Source: Raillietiella orientalis (Eukaryota). From it: 64,000 nt of DNA. The notes beneath the pieces are model-generated. The model was not told where the DNA came from. It searched no databases and saw only the letters and a program-made list of their open reading frames with translations. Location: NCBI GenBank assembly GCA_036172245.1, contig JAYWIR010000002.1:4030001-4094000 (forward strand), written 5' to 3'. Positions 13,501 through 26,439 of this stretch are shown in pieces (positions within the stretch are counted from its first letter, which is position 1; every line of letters starts with the position of its first letter). The position numbers and the translations under genes are program-made.

Positions 13501-14661
13501 ACTAAACTATCGATACTATTCAGAACAATGGAAACACAATCACTTTATGCAATAAGAGTACTGTGATCATATTTAATGGAATCATAGAAATATGAATGAT
13601 GCAATTATACAATACACATTCATTGGATTCGTTTATTCCATGAAATATATGTATATATGTATATGTATATGAATATGTGGTTGCCTTATTTACACAAATA
13701 TTTAATTCGCTATCAGAACATTACTTCGACTCGTATATGAACATTTAATGGATGACTGTGTGGTGATTCACTAGAAGTCATTATTTGAAATATAAATAGC
13801 TTTAAAATTCATCATCCATACAGTAAAACTGTGTAATTTTCAAGGCCCAAACTGTTCGTGCTTTCTGCCATTCTTATTCTAATGACAAAATAATAACATT
13901 ATCTTGCTTTTTCGATGGTGCAATTTCACATTAAAAGTGATAATACTATACGATGCTCATAAGTTCCACATACTTATGAAGGACTACCGATATATCGACT
14001 TATACAAGTGAATTACTCCTCAGTATATGCTTATATCTCACACTGCCGAACACACTGAAAAAATAGCAATTTTCAATCGAATTACTGGTTGCATAATTGG
14101 TGCTCTATTCCCTTTTCTCTGGCATTCGTTTCATTTTTCTATTTTGTTTTCACAAAGGTTACTCAATGGATTTCCACATTCCCAGCTTTTGGAGTCAATT
14201 TTTTTATCAGATAGTAAAAGTTTGAACACAAATGTGATTCTCTGATGAGAAAAATTTCAAGTTCATAAATTTGTAATAAATTACGCAACATATGATTCCA
14301 AAGATGTATTTTTATTTTACTTCCAATAAGTTTTTTTGCGTATTTGGGTTTCTGAAAATGCACACTAATATTCGCCCTTTTTATGACTATATATATATGG
14401 ATATAAATACAAAAATAAGAAGATATCAGTGCCTAAATATTTACATTCTTCTCTACTACTTGGCGCTGATGCATGCTTTTGTATATTTATAATTAGAAGA
14501 AAAAGCATTTTGATATTTCAGTGTGAAATACAAATAAATTTTGTTGTTAGATTGGGCTGCAACTTTTAAATTATTCCTCGGTTTTTAAAGTAATTTTTGT
14601 GTATGCATAAAACGGTAAAATGTCTCTTATCCCGTTTTTATTGCTCATTCAAAACTGCATG

Positions 14662-14698
14662 GGAGTTTATGAATAAACTACGTTTATTCATAAACTCC
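14662..14698. repeat. Perfect 17-bp palindrome with 3-nt loop (possible minimal MITE)
   Basis: ggagtttatgaataaac-tac-gtttattcataaactcc. Confidence 0.85.
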
Positions 14699-16019
14699 TG
14701 TCAGCGAAACCAGTTTATCGCTAGTTTATAAAACCTTCCTAAGCTGGAATTTTTCGTCTTTGTTTTCGATCAGAATTTAATAGAAGGTCACGTGCAAGGA
14801 ATTTCGAAGAAATGTATTGTTTTGAGTAATCTGTGAAGGATGAAATGCTTTTAGAATACCAAGCAAACTTCTGCCTGATCTATTTCCTACTTTTGTTGTA
14901 AATGCTACTTTTAACGGGAATTTAATTTTTCATTCTATGTTTTCAAAGAACATTGAGTACTCTCAAGTTTCTAGTAAAAAAACATGCATAGACAATAGAT
15001 AAAACAAACAAGCATTCCTTTTTGAGTTTTCTGGTAACAGTCTCTCGGTCAGCCTCATTTTCACAAAAATATGTAGAAGTTTTTAACTACCCAATTAGAA
15101 GAACAAATGTGTTGAAAACACAAACGCTAAATATTCTAAAGGATTTTCTATGGAATTCTTTATGCTTAAAATTTTCATTCTTTTGTGATCATTAATAAGC
15201 CATTTGGAGGAAGCCATGTAGTAAAGCTTACTATAATTGTTAATGTGATTGCCTGTTTATCACTGAAGAAATTTATAATTTTACTGAAGACAAAAGAACA
15301 AATAAGGAACGCTTTTTTATAACGGATTTATTTTGCTAAGTATACCAAATACTGTATCTCTTAATATTCATTGAAAAGTGTATGATTTATCATGAATCGG
15401 ATTGTCAAAGTCATTGTAACCCATATATAACATAACTGTAAGTCTTACAATCACTAGTATCCAGTAAGTTTATAGGAATCATTTCTGCCTAGTTCACTGT
15501 GCCTCATGCAAACCCAATGCATTTCTTCTCAAAAGCAATCTAATCACTTTAAAAATAAAACTGTATACTGTCTTTGCATTTGAAAACACGATCTTCATCC
15601 TCACAATTGTTTGTGTGGTAATTTTTAGATTCTTTTTTACTTAATAATCAAGAACCAGTAAGCCTTGATTTTAGGTAATTACATTTAAATCTGCTTTTGT
15701 TCTGAACGTGATCAGTCCAATTATGGCTGTGGATGAGTTTGTTATAATGTTTTTCAAGAATTATTATGAAGAACGTAGTCAAGTCAATAATCAATCTTCT
15801 CGCAATGTTGAAAACATACACTGGCATTACTGTTTGTATTGTTGAAAGGTTTTTCTGACGATGTGTGGTAATTGGAGTTTTAAATTAAATGAACGTTGTA
15901 ATAATGATAAGAAATGAAATTTTTCAATCAAATTTGTTTTCCTACGCAGGTTTTTCGAATGTAGTTTGTGGTATGCAGCTTATTTGATAATTAAAATATG
16001 GAAGTTTATAAGCGGGAGT

Positions 16020-16160
16020 TTTGTCCAATCAGAATGAAGCTTGTTTTGCGATATTTGCGCTATCCAATGTGGTCTTGGTTTGCTCTTGGAACCATGTCGC
16101 ATGTACAGCAGTGTTAGCGTCATCCTAATTTCAAATTAAAATAGTGTTACACGGTAGGAG
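16020..16160 (+). promoter_or_regulatory. Candidate tra2 promoter or non-coding leader exon
   Basis: Two CCAAT boxes (about 16025 and 16065) followed by a donor ACG|gtagga at 16154. A strong acceptor at 15949 means this could instead be an internal 5' UTR exon. Confidence 0.35.
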
Positions 16161-16956
16161 ATAATAATCTTCAATGTTAGCAAATGTGAATTATGTACTT
16201 AATTGTTACCAACATTATGCGTGCGAAGTCTTCAGTTGCTTTTCATAATACTGTTAGATTTGCAATTCACAAAAAATACATGAATGTAAATGATCTCATT
16301 TGTCTGCTGCCAAGTGATTATAAAGAATAATTAACTCTTTTTATATGTTTGCTGAAGTAATTTATTAAAGAATCAAAATTGATAGGTGGTTTCCATAGAA
16401 CGGTATGCCGAAGATTATGCAGCAACATTTAAAGAATCCATAGTTTGTACAAAAACTTTGTGCTAATCAAGGAAGTAACTTTAATTTTTAATATGCCTTT
16501 TCTGAACATCAGAGATGAAGACTTCTAATATTTGAGTACTTTTGTAAAGACTGTTTGCAGAGAAATCCTAATTAATGAATAGTAGAATGTTTCATTCTTG
16601 CTTTATGTTTAAATGAGTTCTTATAACCTTTGTACTGTGCTACTGCTAATAGACTTTTTCGTTCATGTTTATTTTTTTGTGAATACAGAAATCTGAAACG
16701 ATGACTAGGCAAGTATTACATTCACTATAGTTATTTTTGAGTGAGTGACAGTTTAATAAAAACTAGATCTTATTAGTTTATTAATTCAGTGTCTTATATG
16801 AATAGTTTTTTCAAGGGTATGTAAACCCGGCTTATTGTTTTAAAGCAAGTTTCCAAGAACGAATAAATGAGAATTCTAGAAACCTTGTGTTACAGCTTTT
16901 GAAATTTATTTCAAGAGGTGTCATATTTCCCAAGTTGAAGTTTCATTTGCTGGAGG

Positions 16957-18129
16957 ATGAATGATAGAGATGTAAGTATTTCTGAGTTCATAATTGCTAA
17001 AGGTGTGGAGGTGTGTACTTTGAGTATTTGGGGTTTCATTCATTATTTTGCCCTGTATATAAAGTGTTTTGTGAAAACCAATAGTTCTTTGACTTGCTTG
17101 CTTTTAATTCAAAATAACTGGTAAGCTCAGGGAGCTTTTGATTAAAGGATAAGAGAGAGAGAAATGGCACAAGGCATTCATTGGAGATAGGCAAGTCATC
17201 AAAAAGGGGAGGGAATTGCAAAATTGAAAGAAGCCTCACACCTGAGGAGCACTGTAACTCGAAGCGAGAAAAAAGGAGGGACTGTTCCAGGTCCAGGTAA
17301 GGGGCCATGCCTGGAAGGCTGCCCCCAACACATCCCCTTCTGCTGACAGGAGTGGTTCACCTCAACGATCATATAGGAGATATCATTCACGCAGTTTATC
17401 TAATTCTCCTTTGCGAGATGGAAGGTATTCTCGATCACGATCTCGTTCCTATTCTCCACGTGGTCGAAGACGGCATGATTATGATAGAAGATCACGATCT
17501 CCCATGTCTAGTCGAAGAAGACATGCTGGCAGTCGGGTAGATATAAGTAATTGCTTATGTTACATTCTGTTGGCTTAGGATGAGCCTGATCCAAGTCGCG
17601 TTCTTGGCGTATTTGGTCTCAGCTTATACACAACAGAGCGTGAATTGGATCACATCTTTGCCAAATTCGGTCCAATTGAAAAAGTGGTTATTGTATTAGA
17701 TGCGCAGGTAAATTTGCTTCAAGTCCAACTTTTCTTGATTATTCATTTGAAGACTGGTCGATCTCGAGGGTTCGGGTTTGTGTATTTTGAGCATATGGAA
17801 GATGCACGAGTAGCCAAAGAGGAATGTTCTGGGATGGAGATAGATGGACGACGTATTCGTGTAGATTACAGTATAACTTCTAGGCCACACACTCCTACAC
17901 CAGGAGTATACATGGGGAAACCCAGCTAGTAAGCTAGGATGCCAGTTTTGTATATTTTCAATTTCTGTGTTCTAGTGGAGGTTATCACCGTGGAGGAGGA
18001 TTACGCCGTTCACCATATTATAGTCGCAAACGCTATGACCGTTATAGCCGCTCACGATCATATTCTCCACGTGAGTACTACATGAATGTTTGCTTTAGTA
18101 AATTCTATGCAGGTCGCTACCGCTACTAA
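16957..18129 (+). CDS. tra2: Transformer-2 homolog, copy A (RS1-RRM-linker-RS2), about 255 aa
   Basis: Exons 16957-16971 (MNDRD), 17148-17296, 17350-17536, 17579-17707, 17753-17928, 17976-18070, 18113-18129; total 768 nt in frame. Peptides [80 protein letters not shown], ending SYSPRRYRY*. AATAAA at 18177-18182. Confidence 0.93.
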
Positions 18130-18379
18130 GCGCTGGCAGAATTTGGCATTTGTTGAGATGATCTTCACCTTGACTCAATAAAAATGCCTTACTGAATACA
18201 AGGGTTGTGGGTGTCAAGGTTATGGGCAGCAGAACCAAAAGTTCCTGCTGAAAGGGGTTTCTGCAGCCCTTTTCCTCCCTAGCAGTGAATTCCATGGTTT
18301 ATGGTGTATGCTTGACCATGTTATGTTTTAGGTGACAAATTTGATAGAGTCCAGAACATTGCAACTGAAGTGTGTTACC

Positions 18380-19394
18380 ATGACTGATCGTGAGGTATGT
18401 AAAGGATCAGTGGCTGGGTGCAGGTTTTTGTTTTTTTTGTTTGTAGAGTGCCAGTGAACGGAGTCCATCACCACATGATGGACATTCTGAGTTCAATGAC
18501 AAGGATGTTTCACGTTCTCCTTCACTGATAGGGTTAGGAGGGAGAGGTATCAGTCGTTCACGTACTGGATCACCTGCTGATGATAAACTCGATTTAAAAA
18601 ATCATTCTTTTTCGCATTCCCGTTCGAGCTCAGCACATGGAAAAAAGAATTATCGGCGTTACTCTCGAAGTCGTTCTCGATCACCCCGTCGTTACCGGGA
18701 AAAATATAGTCGATCCCATTCTTATAGTCCAAGACGATCCCGTTATGATAAAAAACGGGGTGGTCGCCATAGCCACTCACGCTCACCCATGTCAAACCGT
18801 CGTCGGCATACTGGTAGTAGAGACAATCCCGAACCTGGGAGAGTTCTGGGTGTGTTTGGTCTGAGTTTATACACCACAGAAAGAGAGTTACATCACATTT
18901 TTTCCAAATTCGGGCCCATTGAAAAAGTGATGGTGGTGTTGGATGCTCAGGTAGGGTATGTGTTTACGAGTACACTTAATGTCTTTTCTGAAGACGGGAA
19001 GATCGAGGGGATTTGGATTCGTGTATTTTGAAGCAACTGAGGATGCTAAATTAGCTAAGGAGGAGTGCTCAGGAATGGAAATAGATGGTCGTCGGATTCG
19101 AGTGGATTTTTCTGTGACTCAGAGACCTCATACTCCTACTCCAGGCATCTATATGGGAAAGCCTACTTAGTAAGTTCATTAACCATCTGCTCCATCCTAT
19201 TTTCTCCCAGTGAGTCGAGAAGCCGAGGTTATTACCGCAGTTATCAGCGTTCTCCATCACCCTACTACAGAAGCCGGGGAAGACGCTATGATCGCTCTCG
19301 TTCCAGATCTTACAGTCCTCCACGTAAGTTCATTTTGCCAACTGAATGGTCGGACTTTCTAATGATCGTGGTTTCAGGCCGTTACCGTTACTAA
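18380..19394 (+). CDS. tra2: Transformer-2 homolog, copy B, about 274 aa
   Basis: Exons 18380-18394 (MTDRE), 18447-18950, 18994-19169, 19211-19323, 19378-19394; total 825 nt in frame. Peptides [76 protein letters not shown], ending SYSPPRRYRY*. AATAAA at 19492-19497. Confidence 0.95.
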
Positions 19395-22300
19395 TTTCAT
19401 CCCTTGGATGATGCTCTCAAAAAAAGTTCATCATTTGTTAAGAACAGATAGTTCATTGGACCCTCCCCTTGGAGGATGGACTGGACTGCACAATAAATTG
19501 GTGCATCCTTGGCTTCCCTTATTCAGTCCCCTGGCACGGTTCGTGCGTTATGTGTCCTGGGTGCGCTTAGCTGCGTAGGATTGATGCCAACCCTTTGTAT
19601 TATATTTTATTTTGCGCATGCACCACTTCATTTTTGTGACAGCATCATCAATAGCCACATATGTAAAACACGGAAGCTGAATCCAAACAAGATGAAGACA
19701 TCATTCCATTGGCATTCATTAGTTCATTCACCCATATTATTTATAGGCCACATTTTTTAACATTTCAAAAATCTTCCCATACGAAAGCACCATTGTGTTT
19801 ACCAATCTCTGGCGTTATAAGTTCGCAGTTTCTGTGGAAGGAGCATTCAGACAAATTATTAATTTTGATTCATTCTGTTGTTAAATGTTACCAGAAATTT
19901 TGTGTGTGATGAATTTATTGGATTACTTTGCATTTTTGTTATCCATGCGGTAACTAAAATGTATTTTTAGGTTATCATCAATGAACACTCACATCCAACT
20001 GTTATAACACAAATGAAATAAGAAAGCCTTTCCCTTCTGCCACATAAGAATCGAATGAAGTTGCCGTTAAGTACGAATAGATCGTAGTTCAAGAATGCTC
20101 GAAGAGTGTGTGCATTGGTTGTTTAGCGCAGGCAGAAGCATTCAGTGGTGCAAAGGGCCCATGAATGAAACAAAAAATTCCAATAATTAATTTCGAATTG
20201 AAGAATCAAGTATTTGAAGAATGCGTATCGTTCAAGTTATTCAAGCACACAAGTCTTCTTGCAAGGTTTATTGGGTAGGTCACAGTTACGTGCCTCTATG
20301 TGAAACCAGTTTCAGACCAATAAACCAGTGTGCTTTTTCAGAAGCGTCCAGTTCTCCGAATAGCGCGCGTTCATTTTACTTTGCGTGGCATTTTCTGTTT
20401 TGCGCTGCTTAATGTATAGGGCTTACGATGTGCTTAAAGACGGGCTTCTGCATAATTTATGTATTACTTCATTACGAAGTCTATTTATAATATACATGTT
20501 TTGATATGTTTCGCCAGAACAAATAAGAGTATCACCAGCACCACATTCCAAGTAAAGTAGCTCGGAAGCTTTTTGTTCACAGATCAAGCTTAGAATATTC
20601 AGAGTAGGCGCCATCATCAATGTACTACAAGTACACTTTAACAGAAGTGCTGGCTTTAAGAAGACTACGATTATGTGCATCAGCAAATGGGAGTCATAGA
20701 ATCATAACATGTTTACAGCGTGCATCCTCCCTCCTCCCTTCCCGTAGATTTGTCAATTTAAGCATTGCATGTGCTATTGCGATAGTGTTTGGTCGATGCA
20801 TATGAAAATCAGCTTTCTTTCCTCGCTTTGCTAAACCTGGTCTACCCACAAACATTGTGTGCAGTTGTCTCAACGCGATTTCAGTAAGGAGTAAGGGCGG
20901 TGGCACTGTTCGATGCGTACCATAAAATTTGGTCATTTGTCGGCCGTTTTTTTGCTTTCGGTAAATGGCTAGTTTAGTTTCATGAAACCCAGCAATTGTG
21001 GTATTCTGCCGGTGTACGTCAGTATAGTTTAGCTCAGTATGGCCTCAAGAAATTTGTCGTTTTGTGAGGTTCGGGGTACAGAAGCACGTTTTGGAGATCA
21101 TGATTGGGTCAATTGAGTCGAGTGAATAATTTCAAGGTGGAGTAGTAGTAGTATGTACCTTTCCGTTGTGCCCTGCTTAAAAGCTTTGTGACGGTTGCGT
21201 CGTATTTGTCATATAAGACATTGCAGCTACTTTGAATCGGACACATCAATTGAAATCTTCAGCGGTGCACAAGGTATCGGAAAATTGCAAAGTAAACGAA
21301 CGAAACACTTTTGGGGAGATATTTGATCCACCTTTAACCGAGTACTTTGTTTCCGATGTCATTGGAAATGCGTCGAGTGGAAAAGGCGTCTTTGTCCTTT
21401 TTTCCTCTTCCGTCTGTCTGTGGAGTCATATCCAGTAGGCAGCACATTTAAATGATCGAAGTCCACTGACACGAAAGAATCCATGCTTTATTGGATTCGT
21501 ACCGTGCCAATATGGCAAAGTGATTATGCAGGGCAAACTTTCGTGTACTTCCACAAATTAGTTTGACAGTAGAAAGGAAACGTTTTCGAGTCCCTGGTCA
21601 GTGGCTCCAAACATACACATTGCATGGCAGTGAAGTTTTCGATTTTACCACCTGGGCCAAAAAGGAGATACCTACAGAGCAACCAATACAGCAAGGATGT
21701 GGGTTTTTTTCGTCTACGGCGTAAAGCCGTTCGTGTGAAGAAATGAAATTTTCAGTTAATGCCGTGAGGAAATCAAACGGAAGCGAATTCTTGCGCTGGG
21801 ACACTTTTCCATCCGAACTGATGAAACTACTGTGACTGCGCAGGGGTTCAGCTCCATTTCAAGGATCTCACGAAATGCGAGGAAGCTGCTAGTGATCATC
21901 TGCTTAAGCGATCTGCATGAAAATGGAATCTCACCTCTTTCAAGAACCATTCTTTCTGGGCCATGCTTACAGCTGTCTTGGATTTTCTCGAACGCAGACT
22001 GGAATCTGGAAAAGGAGTTTATTTGAATGGATGATACATACAGTGTCTCACCACAATTCAACGGTTTTGTTTCGTTTTGTGGAATTCTCAGCTGCCTTCG
22101 TATGTGTTACTTTGCTATCTGACTGGCTGAAAGGCATCTTCGCGTATTACGAAAAGTTTCCCGCAAAAACACTTTGTTTTTTTGAGAATGCGCTTCAAAA
22201 ATCCCTCCGACCCGTCTTTTTTTTCATCGTGCTTCCTTGTTTGCCAGGGTGAATGCATGCTTAATGGTTTGGCTCGGTTCGTGGTTACCCTTGCTCCTCT

Positions 22301-23787
22301 CCACTGTTTGCCTTTTATCAGGTAATGATGGTGGTTTCATGTCATCCCGATGGATTTCAGCGTTTGCGCCGATTTATTCTCTGGTATTGATATGTACCAT
22401 AGCAATGTAATTTAGCTTTCAGCGTGAATCACGTCCAGAATATTTTGAAATTTTTTCTTTCAATTACGACTGTCAATACAGTCAGTGAGTGCCGTCTTGT
22501 AACTAATGTTACCTCGCTACATTAGATGCAGTGCAGTCGTGTTGCTAACGAGGTGATTGCTGTGTGTTGGGGCAGTGCTTGACGGTTCAAGCCCGACAGC
22601 AAACTGGAATCGTTCTGTAGTTGGACGGTGGTTGATTACTGTGGTCGTTGTGGTCATTGCGAATCAAGACTTTGCATGTGGATTGCTTGTCTTGGGAGGT
22701 TGACCACATTCGTATGTATGGGAAGTGATTTTCATGTGGAAGTCTCCAAGTTCTTCGTAATTGACTTCTTGTCTGAGTTGCTACGTTTTTTTCTTTGAGC
22801 TTTCTTTGGATACTCTTCGGTTATTTGCATCAGTACGCATCAGCTACTCCACAGGCGCAGTACCTGTATTCGCAAACTTGGACCTTCAGATGGATTCGAG
22901 TTCCACTGGAGAAGAATTTCCCAGCTCCTCTACACCGTTCCATTCTCCGAATCTTCCTTTTCATGGATGCCGTTTATGTCAGAATTGCTGTGCATGAGTA
23001 GCTAATGTGCACCTTATAGGTTGTCATTGAAAATCATTGAAACGCTTTGAAATCTTGTTTGGCCCTTTTAAGGCGCGCATACTCCGCTTTCTTGCTATTA
23101 ATGTCCAAGGAACATCCAATTACCTCTTCATCGGCCTTTTTTCTTCTCCGAAGGCATTAATCATAGGCAATACTGAATACTTGGCATGCAGAAATATTGA
23201 AGGAGCGGTGCGAAGCGTAGCCATTGTTCTAAACACTCTCTTCACACACACGCACGCCGGCACGCACACACCAATGTGATTCACTTTCGAACTTTCGGGT
23301 TTATTGAAAACCTGTGAGGTGGAACCTCACATCCTCAACGGATCTTGTGAATGGGAACTCGCTATCCGGCTGGTGTAGTGGATTTGGATCGTGGTGCCCG
23401 TGCTGGGACAACCGCAGGCACCATTCGCCATCTCTTATGCAACACGAGGCGGCGGTTTCGTCAGAGGGCTTTGGCTGCCCCGGCTTTCTCAGATCCTCGA
23501 TGCAGTCGAGTTGCACATCTGGAGCCGGAAGAGTTGGCATGGCAGTATGAGGTGGCTCGCGTACTCGAAAGGATCGTCAGATTCGGAGAACGAAGGAATC
23601 CTTGTGCCTTAAATCCAAGTTTCAAGTTGTGTTGTTCGCACTCTTTTATATCGCTTAGATCTGTTAAGCATTCATTTCAAGCGAATAATTCAACTGCCGT
23701 GACGGGTTTTCCTTGTAACCGGAAGATCCCACTTCGAAAACCTCCAGGACGATCTAGGTTTGCGAGAGCTGCTGTTCGATTTCCGTG

Positions 23788-23819
<32 letters not shown>

Positions 23820-25859
23820 AAGTTAGCTTTGTTCTCGGTGTTCTCGTTAAGCACAAAGAAAAAATTGCAGCTAAAAGCCCAAGCAGGTAAATCCGAACTG
23901 GGAATTGCTTTCCGTTGTCTGCTCTTTAGTTGCTCAGGGCTTGTGCCCCACGTTTTTTATCGCATACGCAGGGATATATCTTGTGTGATTCAAGAATTTT
24001 TTTTTTTTTATTGCACTCCGGAAAGTTCAGTGCGAACAGATCAGCTATTGCTGGAGAATGCCACATTTTCAGGAAATACCCGAACTCTCAGGAAAGATTC
24101 ATTCCACATTATAGATTGTGCATGTTTGCAACTGCTTTCATTTTTTCTGCACGCTTTTTGTTTACGAATGTGCCATGGAATTTGCTGAATTGAGGCCTTA
24201 CAGCTGTTGCTCAATTGCAGTAATTGGATTCTGCGTACATAAAAAGACAGCAAACAAAAACAAAATCAGCACACGGTAAAGAAGAAATGTGCTGTCGTTC
24301 TTGCAGTGAAGTTTTACTATTGTAAATCCACGGGTTGCAGGCTGAGACCGTGTCTTCCACCAGGAAAATATATCCGTAGTCGTCTTTCCCGCGCCTTCTC
24401 CGGTTTTTCCTGACCCTGAGGTGCGCGGAGTAAAATGTGTCCTACCATGTGAATAAAGTGAGAATTTTCAGCCATTTCTGATTATGTCTGGTTCGTCGTC
24501 TGCGTCCCATCTTCCGCGACCGAACTCTCTGGCCGGTCGAAATCTGCGGAAAGCCCAAGGCAAAATAAAATCCGCACAAAGATATCGAAGGGCAACTGAT
24601 TTTGATTCCTTTGAATTCTGAATGAAAATTACAAGCGAAAATATTTTTCCTTTCCATCCTGAGCATTTCATGGCTTGGTGTTTCCCATTCGAGTTCATTC
24701 CGTTCGTGCGCGCTGCCGACCGCTCGAGTCAGCGACGCACGTGGTCGCGTGCGCTAATGGTCGTCCGCCCACGTCGACGAACGAATTCGCCGCCGCCGAC
24801 GACCTCGCAGTAGTCGCCGACCTTGTGCGTGTTTGGAAGTTCGTTCGCTGAGCCGAGTTTCCGCGGAAGCACTCCCTGGTCCCGAGGCGATTTAGCAATG
24901 CCGCACCCCGAGACGTTACCCTGAACGAGTTGTGCGATCCGTCGCAAGCTTGGGGTCGCCCCGAACGGAAATCAGTAAACACGAGCGGTCACCGGTCCAC
25001 GGGAGCACGAAGCTCCTGAAGCGTACTTGATGCATTTTGGTCACCAAGTACGGTCACGGCGGGATTCCCCTCGCTTCGCAGCGCAGTTGGCGTTTCCCGA
25101 AGGTGTACCACGTGCGTGCGCCCGCGTTTGCTTTTTCCAATTCTGGACTCCCCCCTCCCCTCCGCTTTTTTTTTTTCCCCCTCCCTGAAGGAGTGTTCTG
25201 TTTCCCGGAATGGTGTTCCCGCTCTCCGAATCGCACCCGATTTTGTGTGTTGACTGATCACTTCCAAGATATGAATTTGTTTCGTCTTAACGTCAGTGCC
25301 GTCCCCCCCTTCCGCGCCTTCAGCGGATCCCGAAAACATCCCGACTCAAATGCCTTACTTTCGGGCTTTGCGTGTGCGCCTTTGCTCTAATCTCGAGCCG
25401 AGATTCAAGCGGGTCCTCGAGTTCAGCAATTCGGCGCGGAGTGTTCACGATGGCTGTCTTAAATCACAGCAGGTCCCTGGACCTGTCACCAATTCTGAAT
25501 ATTCCGATCACGCCTATCGACCCGCCTTTCAACCATGAGCACGGAATCCGTCCTTCCCTTGTCTCATGTGTCGGAAAAGTCAACGGTTCAGTTATGGGTC
25601 GGGTGATCACATCTTTCGAATGTTTTCCAACCCGGTTCGCCGAGGCGCATGCAGGAGTACCAGTAATGACGACGGCGGCAGCGGCGACACATTTTTTTCC
25701 CTCTCTTTTTCTTGCTTTCGGTGCTTCATTTTTGAAATCCCAGGTTCAAGGTTCTGGTGACGGTGGGACTCCGCAGCCCCAACCCGTGAAACCTTTCAAC
25801 AGGCGTTCGGGATGCCTCGTCCGACAAATTCTTCCTCGGCCGCCCGAAGCTGCCAGTCA

Positions 25860-26408
25860 CTCTGTTGGGGAGCGACCCCGTAGGGACGCCCTAATGAATC
25901 CAGGGAGGTTCCAGAGGGAGGAGTCTGTTTCCCTCTGGGCTTATTGGGGAGGAACCCCCTCGCCCTGGCGATCTCCGAAGAGAACCTCTTTCTCATTCTC
26001 TCCGGAAGGACTCCCCGGTTTGCGTGAGCCGCTCATTTCCTCTCCGGGGGGAACTCTCAGGAGAACCGCCCCTCAATTACTACTCCTCTGAAGGGCTCTC
26101 CCCGGAGAGACGCTTCTAATTTTCCCTGGAGGCACTTCTCCGAAGGGAGCAGCGCGCTTCCTACACTGTCGAGAGGCGACCCCCTCTGGGGGGTCATCAA
26201 CCAGCTCCATGGAACGCGATGGGGGTCCGGGTTTGCACGGCTGGAGGGGGAGAACCCGGAGATAGCCGATTCCGTGCTCCTAGGATCGACCCCGACGCAC
26301 GCCTTCCCCCCTTCCCCTCCCGTTCTCAGCGTGCATTCTTCAGGGTAGGATGTGACTGCGGCTGCCACGCCTGGTGCCACGCGAGGCAGCTGCAGCCACA
26401 AGGCCGCC
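25860..26408 (-). mobile_element. Diverged copy of tRNA-headed SINE-like repeat
   Basis: Degenerate head ggcggccttgtggctgcag..., shared body motif atcaaccagctcc, and the ccgaag subrepeat block; homologous to 49996-50730. Confidence 0.55.
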
Positions 26409-26439
26409 GACGAGGGCGGGGTTCCCGTCGGCTCGCACC

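Noticed and set aside
21015-22600. Scattered A/B-box-like motifs (tagctcagtatgg, ggttcaagccc)
   Set aside because: Too degenerate; no stems supporting a tRNA or SINE call.
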